Positions 51,217-63,473 of a stretch of 64,000 nt of DNA are shown here, piece by piece. The position numbers and the translations under genes were made by a program. A model generated the notes under the pieces. That model searched no databases. It saw nothing but the letters and a program-made list of their open reading frames with translations, and was not told the origin of the DNA. Source of the stretch: Nitrospirales bacterium (GTDB taxonomy: Bacteria > Nitrospirota > Nitrospiria > Nitrospirales > UBA8639); the NCBI GenBank assembly GCA_965203295.1, contig CBDBCZ010000010.1, forward strand, positions 256,001 through 320,000, read 5' to 3'. The first letter of the stretch is position 1. Each line of letters opens with the position of its first letter.

Positions 51217-53530
51217 GTTCTTTATGCCCCTTTGATTGGTGCGTTGGGCCTCGACGATGTCACTGGTAGCAGAGTAGAGATATGGCATAAAGAGAAGCAA
51301 TTGGATGAAAAGTTGATGAACAAACCACTACCATGGCATCCAGAAGCAGCAGGCTTCAGAGTTTGTCTCTTTGAGCAAGGTAGCTATATTTATTATAATC
51401 CCCCTAACTCTATAATATATGCTGTCTATGGTTTCATCCGCCTCTAACAATACAGAAGGCACCCCACTGCTAAGGTGGGATGGTGACAGTGGTTATCAAG
51501 TGCACTCTGATAACGCAGGTATAAAGTATAGGAATATCTAGTTCCTCTCAGATTCCATCCAACAACTGATTCAAATTGTACAGATGTTTTCAGCATTGTC
51601 GATCAAAGCCCAGAGCGAGTGCACCTAAATGCACAAGATGAAGTTGTCACCCTCTTTTGCATTGCATCTCACCACTCCCTGACGCATGCATACACCTGGA
51701 GCAACCTGGAAGGAGACATTGGGCTAAATTCTCCTGTGCTGTATGTCCATCGCAGTGGAACGTACAAGTGTATGGTGGAAACAGCAGCAGGAGACCAATG
51801 CCACTCCAAGTCCATAGTGGTATCTCTTGGTTAGTTATTTGTAGTTACAATTAATGGTTTGCCATACTTGTCTTCTGTCTTCTACCTACTTCAGTCATTT
51901 CTTCTGGGGAATCTGAGGATGACAATGAGATGACAGGGCTAGACCAGACCTCGACTACTTCTCCTATAGCTAGCCACACTATTGGCAGCCCACACAGCCC
52001 TTCCTCCATGTCCAGTTCTGTCCCTTCACAAATTCCAGCCTCAAACTCCACAGCCACTCTCGTCCCTTCCCAAGGTATATAAGACAGTTGTAAGCTGTTC
52101 TCTTTTTATTATCACCAGTTTTGTTTGGTAGAACAAATGCATAGCTACTTATTGTCACTATGCTAACTTTCCACAGTTGGTATTCGTCAAATTGATGAAG
52201 GTGACCTCACCAGGGCTACGAACAACTTCGCAAACTTGGTTGGCAGAGGTGGTTTTGGATGTGTCTACAGAGGACAATATCACCACCTAGCAATTGCAGT
52301 TAAGCTTCTAACCAAGGTACGTAATTTTTTGGTTTAATGATTTGGCAGTATTACAGTTTAGAATTTATATGTTCAGCCGCAAGTGAATGTGGAGTTGGAG
52401 TGTGATATGAAGCAACTCCTTCAGAGAGAAGTCAGCACTCTAACTAGGTATGATCAGAAGCAGGATGATATAATGACAGGTTTGGCTAGTTATAGTACAC
52501 TTTTCTATTCAGATTCCATCACCCCAATCTAGTATCCCTCATGGGGTACTGTGTTAGGCCACCAGCACTTATCTATCCATTCATGTCGAGACTATCCCTC
52601 TTTCACTGTCTCCACAAATTCAAGGTTTGTATTTGTATCTCATTCTGCATTTCATTGCTGTTAAACTGGGATTTTCTGCAAGGTTGACCGGCCACTTACA
52701 TGGAGAGACCGAATGACAATATTAAATGGGGCAGCTTGTGGTATAGCCTATCTCCATTCATCAGACCCACCTTTTGTTCACCATGATATCAAGCCGTAAG
52801 TGAATATTACATACATGTGCTAAAAAAAATCTGAATTCATTACAGTTGCCTTTCTTCTCCTATAGTCAGAACATCCTACTTGATGGCACCCTAATTGCCA
52901 AAGTGGCAGATTTTGGCTTCGTTACACCACTACCCCAACAAGTTGGGGAAACCCGCATGGTTACTGCAGTGGGGGCTATGGCACTAGCTGGTACACGTGG
53001 CTACCTGGCACCGGAGTTTGCTGATGGCCGACACAGCACAAAGAGTGATGTTTATAGCTATGGGGTGGTACGTGAAAGCTCTATTTTCTTTTGCGCATGA
53101 TAGTATTTATTCTTTCTGATACGTATGCTATAGGTCACACTGGAAACATACACAGGTCTTCTGGCTTTCTCTGAGCAAAGAGAGGAAGAGAAATTGGTGA
53201 GAGTTATCTTTGTTTGCCTATAAGTATATGAAGAGAACATTTGTATATGACAAGTATTCATTATTAGGTGGACTACTGCGAAGAAACTGGAACGCTCTCC
53301 ACCGTTGATGCATTCCGCCGCAGTGTGGATCCCAAGGCAGGTGCAATAGAGCACAACGTGGCGACAGTCTTCCTCGAGGTCATAAAGGCGACCCTCAAGC
53401 GCAATCATAAACGGCGCATCACTATGGATGAGGTAAGTGGTTTGGGTGATGTCAGTATAATATTAAGTGAAACATTCATTTCTATTTATAGGTGCTTGCT
53501 AAGTGGGAGGTACTGAACAACGAAAGTTAA
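51217..53530 (+). CDS. Ig-like domain + Ser-rich linker + non-RD Pelle/IRAK-like kinase (kinase A), ~12 exons, apparently intact; first exon not located
   Basis: VTLFC..YTW..GTYKC (Ig-like); [70 protein letters not shown]; canonical GT-AG junctions in phase through the kinase domain. Confidence 0.88.
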
Positions 53531-53782
53531 AGTACTAAACAGGCTCCAGTTACATGTAACTTGACATGTAACTTGCTGTGATTATAGCTATGCAGTGCTT
53601 CTGTACTTTGTGTTGCTCTGGCTCATTAGAAATAAGCCTGATTTTATTCCATGTTAACAAAAAGTTGTGTTTCTAAGTGGTTGCATTTCATTAGTGTATG
53701 GCGCTCGCCCAACACATTAATATTATTTGAAACTCACATGCGCGTTCGAACACGTGCAAGCGTATATTGGCTAGCTATATGT

Positions 53783-55880
53783 ATGGCGATGGCAACGCCT
53801 GCACAAAACAGGTTATTTGTTGATGGTGAGTGGTGCGTACAAGTTTCTAGTTGGCTCTGATATAGGTAATGCCATGCTACACATACTTTTTATTAGGTAT
53901 TTTGCGAAAGTATTTCCATTCCGGGAGGCCGTACAAACTGATTCTTGGCCGTCTTGAAGAAGTGTATAGGATAAAGAGAAGGTATTACGGAGTCTGCTAC
54001 AGCTAAACGTTACTTTTTGCTCACTACTGAGTTCTTACAGCATGAGATGGCTGAAGGTTCAGTTCAAACGATTGGGGTTTAGTCGCCGTCATCAAGTGTA
54101 CACACCAAGAGTGGTGGTTCGTAATTGTCTCAAGGTATTGATCAATATGGAATGCTGTATACAAGCTCACTTGATCTCACTTTTACTCTGCCCCAACAGC
54201 GTGAATTGAAAACCTCCAATTCTCTGAAAGGCTACAGGGCTATGTGGAAACTATTGAGGGAGAAATACCATCTAACCATGAAAAGGTATATATACTTATA
54301 AGTACTTGTAAATATACAGTAACCCTCGGGAGACTACATACCAGTTACTGCACTGTGTTTTCAATGAATATTCAAAATCTGCAATAGACAAACAGTGATG
54401 GAACTACTACGGGAATTAGATCCTGGTGGTGTGAGTTTACGTGCAACACACTGGCTCCAGAGGCGCACATACATCAGCAAGGTACCTAAGTTTCATAAAT
54501 GAAGTTAGGTCAACTCAAATAATTATCATTATAATAATATTATTGTATTTGAACTTTTCGTTAAGGGTCCAAACTTTGCCTGGCACATGGACCAGTATGA
54601 TAAACTCTCGCACTTTGGATTTCATTTCCATGGCTGCATAGATGGGTGAGAATACCGTTAGCACAGTGAACTAAGTACACAACTGTACAAATAACTGTAA
54701 TATATGGGCACATGACTAGACTTAGTGCAGCTGTTTCTTAACATCTATAGGTATTCCCGGAAAATCCTATGGATGAAAATTGCCACCACTAACAGCGCCC
54801 CTGCTGTAGTTTTGAACTACTATCTTTCGTGTGTCAAAGAGCTTAATGGTAAACAAGTTGCATAAAAAATCATGCTTAATGGTAAGAGCTCGTTCATACT
54901 ACATGAACTGTGTGTGTGTTGGAGATAATGAATATAGTTTAGGATATTGTTTAGCTACATAAACTTGATATACTTTCAGGATGCCCCACTGTGTTGCGCT
55001 CAGACAGAGGGACAGAGAATACACTGGTGGCTGAACTCCAAATAGCATTGCGTACTGGACACGGTGACGAATTAGCGGGTGTGAAAAGTATGAGATTCGG
55101 ATCTTCTCATGCCAATTCGGTATGTATGTATTTCCATGTATACCAGGATTGTCCACTGTTATTTATAGTAACTGTATAACACAACGCATTGAATCCTGGT
55201 GGTCTAAATTTCGTTGCTGTAAGTTTGACTGGTGGATTTCACTGCTAAAGTTATGGATTGGTATGCTTTCTGCATGATGGAATTTAGCAGTGAAATTATC
55301 ATCTACACAGACATTGGAGCAAGATGGCTTATTTGATTCCACAGACCCAACTCACAGGTACTCTTATATAACACTTAACAGTTTGTATTTCAATGCAGTG
55401 GCTTATGAAAATAGCATACCGTGCTTTACACATTGGATTATACAGAAAATGTATGGCAGTGGTATTTCTTCCAATTCTAACTCGGGAAATGAATGAGTTT
55501 GTTACTTATTGGAATACCCATAATATTCAGCCCAATCAGACAGCAGACTGTCCCTCAGGGATTCCAGAAGATATATTTGAAATGCCAGACTACTACGGTA
55601 CGTATATATTGAAAGTTAACTACCATTGCTGTTTGACCAACAATATATTCATACATATGCAGGAGCTGAGAATCACCTGAAACCTTTGAATGCAAGTATC
55701 TGGCTACATGGTTTGCTGTGTATGAGTAGGAAGCCACCACAATTTTACGACGACCATTACTTCAACATGTGTAATGACCTTGTAAAGAGCCGATTCAATG
55801 TTGACTTATCAAGGAACGTCTCAGCAACAAACTGTGTTCGTGTCTACAAGTACTTGTTGAACAATCTTAGCACTACCTGA
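53783..55880 (+). CDS. Intron-rich (~12 exon) IS3EU-like integrase-core transposase; two splice sites near 55185-55250 look mutated
   Basis: KGYRAMWKLLR, LDPGGV..RRTYISK|GPNFAWHMDQYDKL..HGCIDG|YSRKILW, CPTVLRSDRGTEN, NS|RIESWW, WNTHNI, CPSGIPE. Confidence 0.88.
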
Positions 55881-55943
55881 AACTGGACTATATTATCATG
55901 AGCAATAGCAAAACAATGTCAAAAGTATTGAAACAATAAAAAG

Positions 55944-58925
55944 TTAACTGGAGTTTGTTTGGCACCTCATCAGTAACTCCCACTTAGTAAGCACCTATAC
56001 ATAGAAAAAAAGGTTTCACTAAACACTATATGGACATCGTAACTACAGTATTCAAACCACTTACCTCATCCATAGTGATGCGCCGTTTGTGATTGCGCTT
56101 GAGGGTCGCCTTTATGACCTCGAGGAAGACTGTCGCCACGTTGTGCTCTATTGCACCTGCCTTGGGATCCACACTGCGGCGGAATGCATCAACGGTGGAG
56201 AGCGTTCCAGTTTCTTCGCAGTAGTCCACCTAATAATGAATACTTGTCATATACAAATGTTCTCTTCATATACTTATAGGCAAACAAAGATAACTCTCAC
56301 CAATTTCTCTTCCTCTCTTAGCTCAGAGAAAGCCAGAAGACCTGTGTATGTTTCCAGTGTGACCTATAGCATACGTATCAGAAAGAATAAATACTATCAT
56401 GCGCGAAAGAAAATAGAGCTTTCACGTACTACCCCATAGCTATAAACATCACTCTTTGTGCTGTGTCGGCCATCAGCAAACTCCAGTGCCAGGTAGCCAC
56501 GTGTACCAGCTAGTGCCATAGCCCCCGCTGCAGTAACCATGCGGGTTTCCCCAACTTGTTGGGGTAGCGGCGTAACGAAGCCAAAATCTGCCACTTAGGC
56601 GGTTAGGGTGCCATCTAGTAGGATGTTCTGACTATATGAAAAAGAAGAAAAAAACGTACATGTACAATGTACAGTATAGTGAATTAGGGATCCATGTGTA
56701 CATACGATTTGATATTGAGATGAACCAAAGGCGGGGTTAAAGAATGTAGGTGGGCAATTCCACGATCTGTCCCATTTAAAACTGCAACTCGTTCAACCCA
56801 AGTTAGTGGCAGACGAACCTGTAGCTATTAATGAACAGCATATCCGAACTTAATGACAAGCAGAATGACTATGTGTAGAACAGCTTACTTGATACTGATG
56901 GAGACAGGAGAACAGAGATATGGCCATATAAATTATGGGAAAACAAGTGCAGGAGGTGTAACACAGTATCCCATCAGGGGGACTAGATTTGGGTGGTGAA
57001 ATCTGCACAGAAAATGCGTATAGCTATAGTCCAAGATAATGTGATAGCCCTGCTAATTGTACTACATAGCTACCTAATAGTATTTATTAATCCAGTGGTG
57101 CACTGCATGCCAACCACATGGTATACAAATATAACTTATTTTAGCTTATAGAACTTGGTGTGGGTGCAACAAAGCTACCAACAGGTAGATTTATGCTATA
57201 GAGCTTTGTGTACGCTCATATTGCCCTGTGGTTGGGGCAATATTATATATAGTGCTCTGTGGTCTAGGACTTACTCACTCCTAACCATCTGCAAGCACTG
57301 ATTCATAACAGTGACTGCTGATGGTACACAGACAGCTGATTACAACAGGCACATGCTCAGTATACTGCTACCTCAGGCTGACCTCAATAATCATAAGCCA
57401 TTGGGCTACATGTACAAATCAGTTAATCTCCTGCCACCGGCAGGCTCTGCGGATTTTAGAGTACACTCATGCAATAACAATTGGAGCCCTCGGGCTTTGT
57501 ACTCCAATAATTGTTATTGCCCTCGTGTACTCTAAAAACCCATAAAGCCCTGGGTGGCATGGTTTATCTCTAATACATAGTCCACACTGGTGTATATAAT
57601 TACTTTTATCATACCTAGACAGAGTGCTGATGTTCTCTTGCAGGAGATGCTCCAAGGTAGACCCTTGTACCTAAAAATATGAGTAGATAGTAATGATAGG
57701 CATTTCTGAACTTATCGATATGACTACCTTACCCTGAATAGAAGCTTAATGGCAATTTCTGTGTGATGATAGCTGCCTCTATACACACACCCCAATCCCC
57801 CCTTCCCAATGAACTCCGTGAAGTTGTTAGCAGCCTGGATTAGTTCTTTCTCGTCAAATCGTGAAATGCAATCTGAATATACATAACGGTTGATTCTACA
57901 ATTATAGCCACTATATTATTCAATTGTGACATTTGTAAATGCAGCTAAGTAAATTCACCTTGGGCAATGGTAAGACTGGGCAGCGACAACTCAGCAGGTG
58001 ATATTGGGCCAGACGAAGATGACACTAAGCCAAGAGTTGAATGTTGGGAAGTATTACCAGTCTGGGTGTCTGCTTCCGATTCAGATGAAGTGTCTGATTG
58101 ATAAGAGAGAGTTTCGAGCATAGCGTACAAATGAAATATAATCATTCACAATATTCAAAATACCATGATGAGGCTCAGGTAGACCACCATTCTCAAAAAT
58201 CCATTCTGCCTGTAGAACATAGCACATATCATGTGTAAATACCTTGAGCTTGCAGTAAAACTATTTTGCAATAGGTATACATGTACATAGCCATTACTTT
58301 CTTATAATCAACTTGATACTTCTCTTTTATCAGAAGAATGATGGCCTCTGGAGTAGCAACATCCATGGTCCATGTAAACAGCTATTATATATGAGGCAGC
58401 CCATCAATATCACAATACCAACATTAATTGTACAAAGCTATGAAAATGTATAATAGTGTACCTTCATGTCACTGCAGCAGTATCTCTGAACCAAGTACTC
58501 TGACAGCACTGATACTTGTTCGCCACTAAGAACACCAACCAGCCTCTGTCACTTCAGTGTAGCTGCAAAGAGTGATCCAGAATTACGGTAGATTATAGAT
58601 AGACAGATACACAGAAAGGTAGGTAGATATCGGAAAAAATAATAGAAAGATAGGGGATAGGAAGCGTCCCTTCAGCCTCAGGCTCGTCTTCCAGGGAATC
58701 CTCTGTTCAGCATTGTGTAAAAACATACCTCTCCTCTTGGGTGGCCCGTGTAAACGTATCACCTGTCTCCATGAGTATACCTACATTCAGACAATTAAAA
58801 TTTGATACAAGTGTAGGATATAACTTTTCCACTTCGAAGGACCTAACCTTCCCACTTCGAATATCCTCTACAACACTAAGTACTTTGCTTTTTTCGACCC
58901 ACTCAAGTATGTCAACATCCTCCAT
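55944..58925 (-). pseudogene. Pelle/IRAK-like kinase (kinase B), convergent with the transposase; premature stops
   Basis: FIGKGGLGCVYRG, FHHPNLVPLMGYC..P*, VHLNIKSQNILLD..A*VADFG, GTRGYLALE; N-terminus unrelated to kinase A. Confidence 0.85.
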
Positions 58926-58999
58926 CGTTTCTTTGCTGCCGATCTAGCGAAAGCGTGACGTGCTGCGCATGCGCACATCTAGCATGCACGTGTCTCTTA

Positions 59000-59189
59000 A
59001 TCACGTTCGCAGTTCTCCAATCGCGTTTGCGGTTCTCGAATCACGTCCGCGGTTCTCGAATCGCGTTCGTGGTTTTCCAATCGCGTTCGCGGTTCTCGAA
59101 TTGCGTTCGCGGTTTTCCAATCGCGTTCGCGGTTCTCGAATCGCGTTTGCGGTTTGCGATCGAGTTCAGTGCACTCAAGGACCACCGTA
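59000..59189 (-). mobile_element. IS3EU-like terminus with 20-bp subterminal tandem repeat x~8
   Basis: tcgcgttcgcggtt(ctcg/ttcc)aa units at 59000-59160, then ..gcactcaaggaccaccgta (reverse complement TACGGTGGTCC); cuts the next kinase in mid-exon. Confidence 0.75.
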
Positions 59190-60479
59190 AGGCTTTTTGC
59201 CCGGGTTGTGGCACAAATGCTGCTGTGAAAGTTCTCAACAAGGTGGGCTAGTAAACTTCTAAATATTCATAATGCAATACATGTAGAATGTGATCCTTAT
59301 CACTACATGCTAGGAGGGAGAAATTGCAGCACAGTTAAAGTTGGAGGCCTCCACTCTTACTCAATAACTAATAGTTGTGTGTATACCACTGCTACCCTTG
59401 CATGCATGATTAGTCTTGGTTAACAGATATCGCCATCCTAATGTAGTGGATTTGATGGGCTTTGTGAACACAAGTGAACCAATACACATGTCTGCTCTTG
59501 TGTTTGAATACTTGCCCAGGGGTAGCCTTTTCCATAATCTCCATAAGGTAAGCTAAAAATGCATATGAATCTTTGTACCTACCCTATCTAATTATATTTG
59601 TATCTTTTCAAGGAGCCAGGAGTAAACCTGACAATGGATGAGAGGATTAAAATCCTCATTGATGTGTGCCGAGGGCTTGCATATCTCTATGGGAGCAGAC
59701 CCCCTCTAATCCATCAGGATATGAAATCGTAAAGATACAGTATACATATAATTACTATGTGATATGCTGTGCATGTCATTACTGATATCATTAACTTTAT
59801 TTATCAGCCAGAATGTCCTCCTGACTGAATCATTTGAAGCCAAAATTGTCGATTGTGGCTTTTCCTTTGAAATACCACCGAGTAAGTCTAGGCAAACGAT
59901 GTTGACAGCACCTGTACTGGCTAGGTCAGATGGATACACCCCTCCTGAGCTAATCCATGGAAAAAATCTCCCCAAACAGCAACGTTTATAGCTATGGTGT
60001 TGTAAGTGATAATTCATGGCAATCTGTAATACACGTTAATTACTATATACAGCCACTCCTCAGGTCGTACTTGAAACTTACACTGGGCAGTTGGCATTTA
60101 ACAGAGATAGAGATGATCCAGAGCTAGTAAGCATTCACTTCAAAGAATCTATGGCACAAAATCAATTAATGGTTATGTAATGTCCGTATAGGCAGTACAT
60201 ACAGAAGACCAGAGGGCAACTACTGAAGGATTTGAGTCCTTGGTTGACAGCACCCTTCGTGTTTCAGACAGAATTGTGTTGGCACTGTTATTTAACATTG
60301 TTAAAAAGGCCCTGTTGCGTCATAGTATGAGAGCCACATCCAGTGAGGTTTGTGATGTAAAATATTTCAGTTTAACGTGGTGTTTCATTACAACTATTAA
60401 TACTATGCAGATAATGGAGCTGTGGTTGGAATATGACTGGCACACCAATACTCTGACTGCTGATCCAAGCAGTGAATGA
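59190..60479 (+). pseudogene. 3' part of a non-RD Pelle/IRAK-like kinase (kinase C), 5'-truncated
   Basis: GTNAAVKVLNK|, YRHPNVVDLMGF, GSLFHNLH, LIHQDMKSQNVLL..IVDCG, GYTPPE; stop and frameshift present. Confidence 0.85.
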
Positions 60480-60569
60480 ACTGCTTCTACTAACTGATGC
60501 ATTTTCGGTTCTTTGTTACCTATTATCTGTCTTATGTTAGCCACTTTCAGTTTTCTTGGAATGTCCTTT

Positions 60570-62306
60570 TAACATCATGATGTTGACAAGGTATTGATTA
60601 AGTGTATATAAATCTCTACAATTGTTGGGGGTCAATGTCAGTGTGTGTCATGCCAAACAACTGCCGAAGTTCTTGTGATGCGGTAGCATTAAACGTAACG
60701 AAGGGAAGCGGTTGTTGACTCCTCTTGCATAGCCATAACCCAAAGTGTCTGGGTTGATGGTATGCAGGTAATCCTCTGCACCTGCATTTAACAATCATGA
60801 CCATTTTGGCAAAGGTAAATATGTACGACTATCATACCATGCAGAGATAAAAATCTCTTACCATAATGTGCTGGTATGTCATACATGTCTTGAGGGATGC
60901 CATTTGGACATTCTGCCATAGCATTCTTACGTATGCAGTGACTGTTCCAGTACAGTGCAAATTCACCAATTTCCTTTTGCAACAGTCCAGCAAAAGCAAA
61001 GGCAATGCAGTTCCTGTAGGAGTGTGCAAGCACTATATTGCTATTGCAAAATGTATGCATGTAGGCCTACCTGTGCAATATGCTATCTATCAGCATCAAA
61101 CAATCCATCAGACTCCAGACTCTGTTATAGAAATTATATAGTTATACAAAGTACAAACCATTATGGCATAATATAATGTACCTTGCAGAGATTGATCCAC
61201 CAATCTGTTTCAGTCCACCAATCTGTTTTCAGTTTGGACTACCAGGCTTTAATTCTCTGCAACAGAAGACGTGATGACAAAGCTAAAGTGAATGCTGAAG
61301 GGAGTGTTTACATGCAATAATAAACCATGCACTTGGCAGGTTTGGAGTTTCAGTACATGTAGAGGTGGCTATAATTATTATCCGTAAAATCCGATAAATA
61401 ACCGCCCCCTTAAAGGTAACCGCCCCTCTAGTATAACCGATCAATTTACTGTAACAACAGTTTACTCGTGTGTAAAACCGTCTATGTAAACATAACCGCC
61501 CATAATTTACACGTGCAGCCCAGGCAGGAAATTGAATCTGTAAAATTAATAGCGTTTGCATGTGTGAATGTCTATAGCAAGCAGAGCGTGCAGCTAATAC
61601 GTAAACACGACCGCACAGAATAGCGACGAGAATCAAACTGTGAAGTCGGCGTTAGTCGTAGCGAGAAAACCCTAGCTACGGTTAGTGGAGGGTTCTAGGA
61701 ACGAGACTAAGCTACGGTAGCTAAGCTAGCGCTATTGGGCTAGTTCAGCTTGCCTGCCTGAAGGCTTCCTGCCTCAAGGGACACCAATCTACCGGGCTGA
61801 TCTCAACGCAGGGGATGTTTCTGTAAATCTGCCACGCTATTAACAGCTGTTTGCAAAAATAACCGATATGTGATATCGATTATACCCGCCCATGTAAAAG
61901 TAACCGCCCATTGAGGCTGCTAATTCTAATTATAACCGCCCCCGGTTATTTATCAGAGTTTATGGTATATATAATGATGCACTTAAAACTTTACTTACGA
62001 TATTGGACTTTGAAGGTCCGTATGCAAAACTCTTTTGTCCAGCAAACACATCATCACCATTCAAACAAAATGCAATCTGGATGGTAGCCAAAGAAACATT
62101 CTCTGTCCCGTAATCACAACGCACTATGGCTGGACAACCTGTACAAAGAAATGCCTCATGTATGCATGCATTTTTCTAATTATTTATACGCATGCTAAAT
62201 ACCTCCAACTTATTCTACAATCTCAAGGTAATATCTTGCTATCACTTTGGGGTTATGATTGGTCGGTGCTACCTTCATCCAGAGTACATGTATCTTTCTG
62301 GAGAAT
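60570..62306 (-). pseudogene. Intron-rich IS3EU-like transposase, 3' half, convergent with kinase C
   Basis: FSRK..LWMKVAPTNHNP, CPAIVRCDYGTEN, YGPSKSNI|RIKAW*, WNSHCIR, CPNGIPQD; same intron positions as 53783-55880. Confidence 0.85.
61382..61965. mobile_element. Tc1/pogo-type MITE in intron
   Basis: ccgtaaaatccgataaataaccg / cggttatttatcagagtttatgg imperfect TIR; repeated taaccgccc motifs. Confidence 0.7.
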
Positions 62307-62640
62307 CTGCATGTATAATACTCAAGCTGTAAGGTATGGAGTGCCGTATGTAGCAAAAATACAATACCATTGCCTATCAAAAAATTTCACTGCCAAAGAA
62401 GTTTATTGGCAATGAAATCTCAATTAGGGACATTTCATTGACTATAAAGGTAACATTATTGCCAATAAAAGGAAAAACTTTGTCAAACTTTACCATTTTG
62501 ATTGCAACGATTCTTTGCCAAAGAAAGTTCTGTAATTGTAAATGTCAGGCTATTTCCATTGCAGTAAAAATTCATCATTTTGCCTGCAGGAAAAGTGGCA
62601 ATCATTGCCAAAGAGTTTGCCTTTCCTGCTAAAGATTTCC

Positions 62641-63132
62641 ACTGGCAATGAATGGTACAAGTTTGCCAATGGAGAGAGTTTCTTTGCCAATGTTTGCCAA
62701 TTCATTGCCAAAGATTTGGTTTTCTTTGGCAAAGATTGGGCTTTCTTTGCCAAAGGAAAGATTGCCATTGCCAAATACAGGACACTGGCAATGAATGGTA
62801 CGAGTTTGCCAATGGAGAGAGTTTCTTTGCCAATGTTTGCCGATTCATTGCCAAAGATTTGGTTTTCTTTGGCAAAGATTGGGTTTTCTTTGCCAAAAAA
62901 AAGACTTCCATTGCCAAATACAGGACACTGGCAATGAATGGTACGAGTTTGCCAATGGAGAGAGTTTCTTTGCCAATGTTTGCCAATTCATTGCCAAAGA
63001 TTTGGTTTTCTTTGGCAAAGATTGGGCTTTCTTTGCCAAAAAAAAAGACTTCCATTGCCAAATACAGGACACTGGTAATGAATGGTACGAGTTTGCCAAT
63101 GGAGCGAGTTTTTATTGCCAATGTTTGCCAAT
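62641..63132. repeat. 143-144 bp tandem repeat x~3.4 built from ttgcca/tggcaa motifs
   Basis: Units start at 62641, 62784, 62927 and 63071; the motif-rich zone extends ~62370-63215. Confidence 0.95.
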
Positions 63133-63473
63133 GACTGGCCCTCTTTGACAAGGTTTTCCATGTTATTGCCAAAAGATAGTCTTTTATTGCCAATACAGGG
63201 CCTTCTCTTGCCAGAAATTCAATGACAATAATGTTAATTTAAACAACACCTTATCCCAAAATATGAATGACATTGTACTATTAGCAAGTACAAATTTCAT
63301 ACGTACAACAGGATAATATTGAAAATATTATGCATGACGTAATCAGTGTACAACTGAAGTGTGATAACAATCAAAACAAAGCAAACTTGGGCACTTTAAA
63401 TTATAATCACCAGCCTTCAGCTACAGTTAACGGTATAATACTACGATAAGGAGGTGTAAATCTACTGGGCACT

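Noticed and set aside
59000..59160. CRISPR-like short repeat array
   Set aside because: The units are contiguous with no unique spacers, there are no cas genes, and the context is eukaryotic; better explained as a subterminal repeat.
53691..59195. Single clean insertion bounded by a TSD
   Set aside because: The flanks ttagtg and aggctt differ and the two ends match at only 7/10, so the left boundary is not established.
41510..60479. Kinase D and kinase C as two halves of one split gene
   Set aside because: Both contain the AVKVLNK exon end with different sequence, so they are paralogues.
62542..63193. Several overlapping 70-160 aa ORFs
   Set aside because: Products of the 143-bp tandem repeat in multiple frames; no domain motifs.
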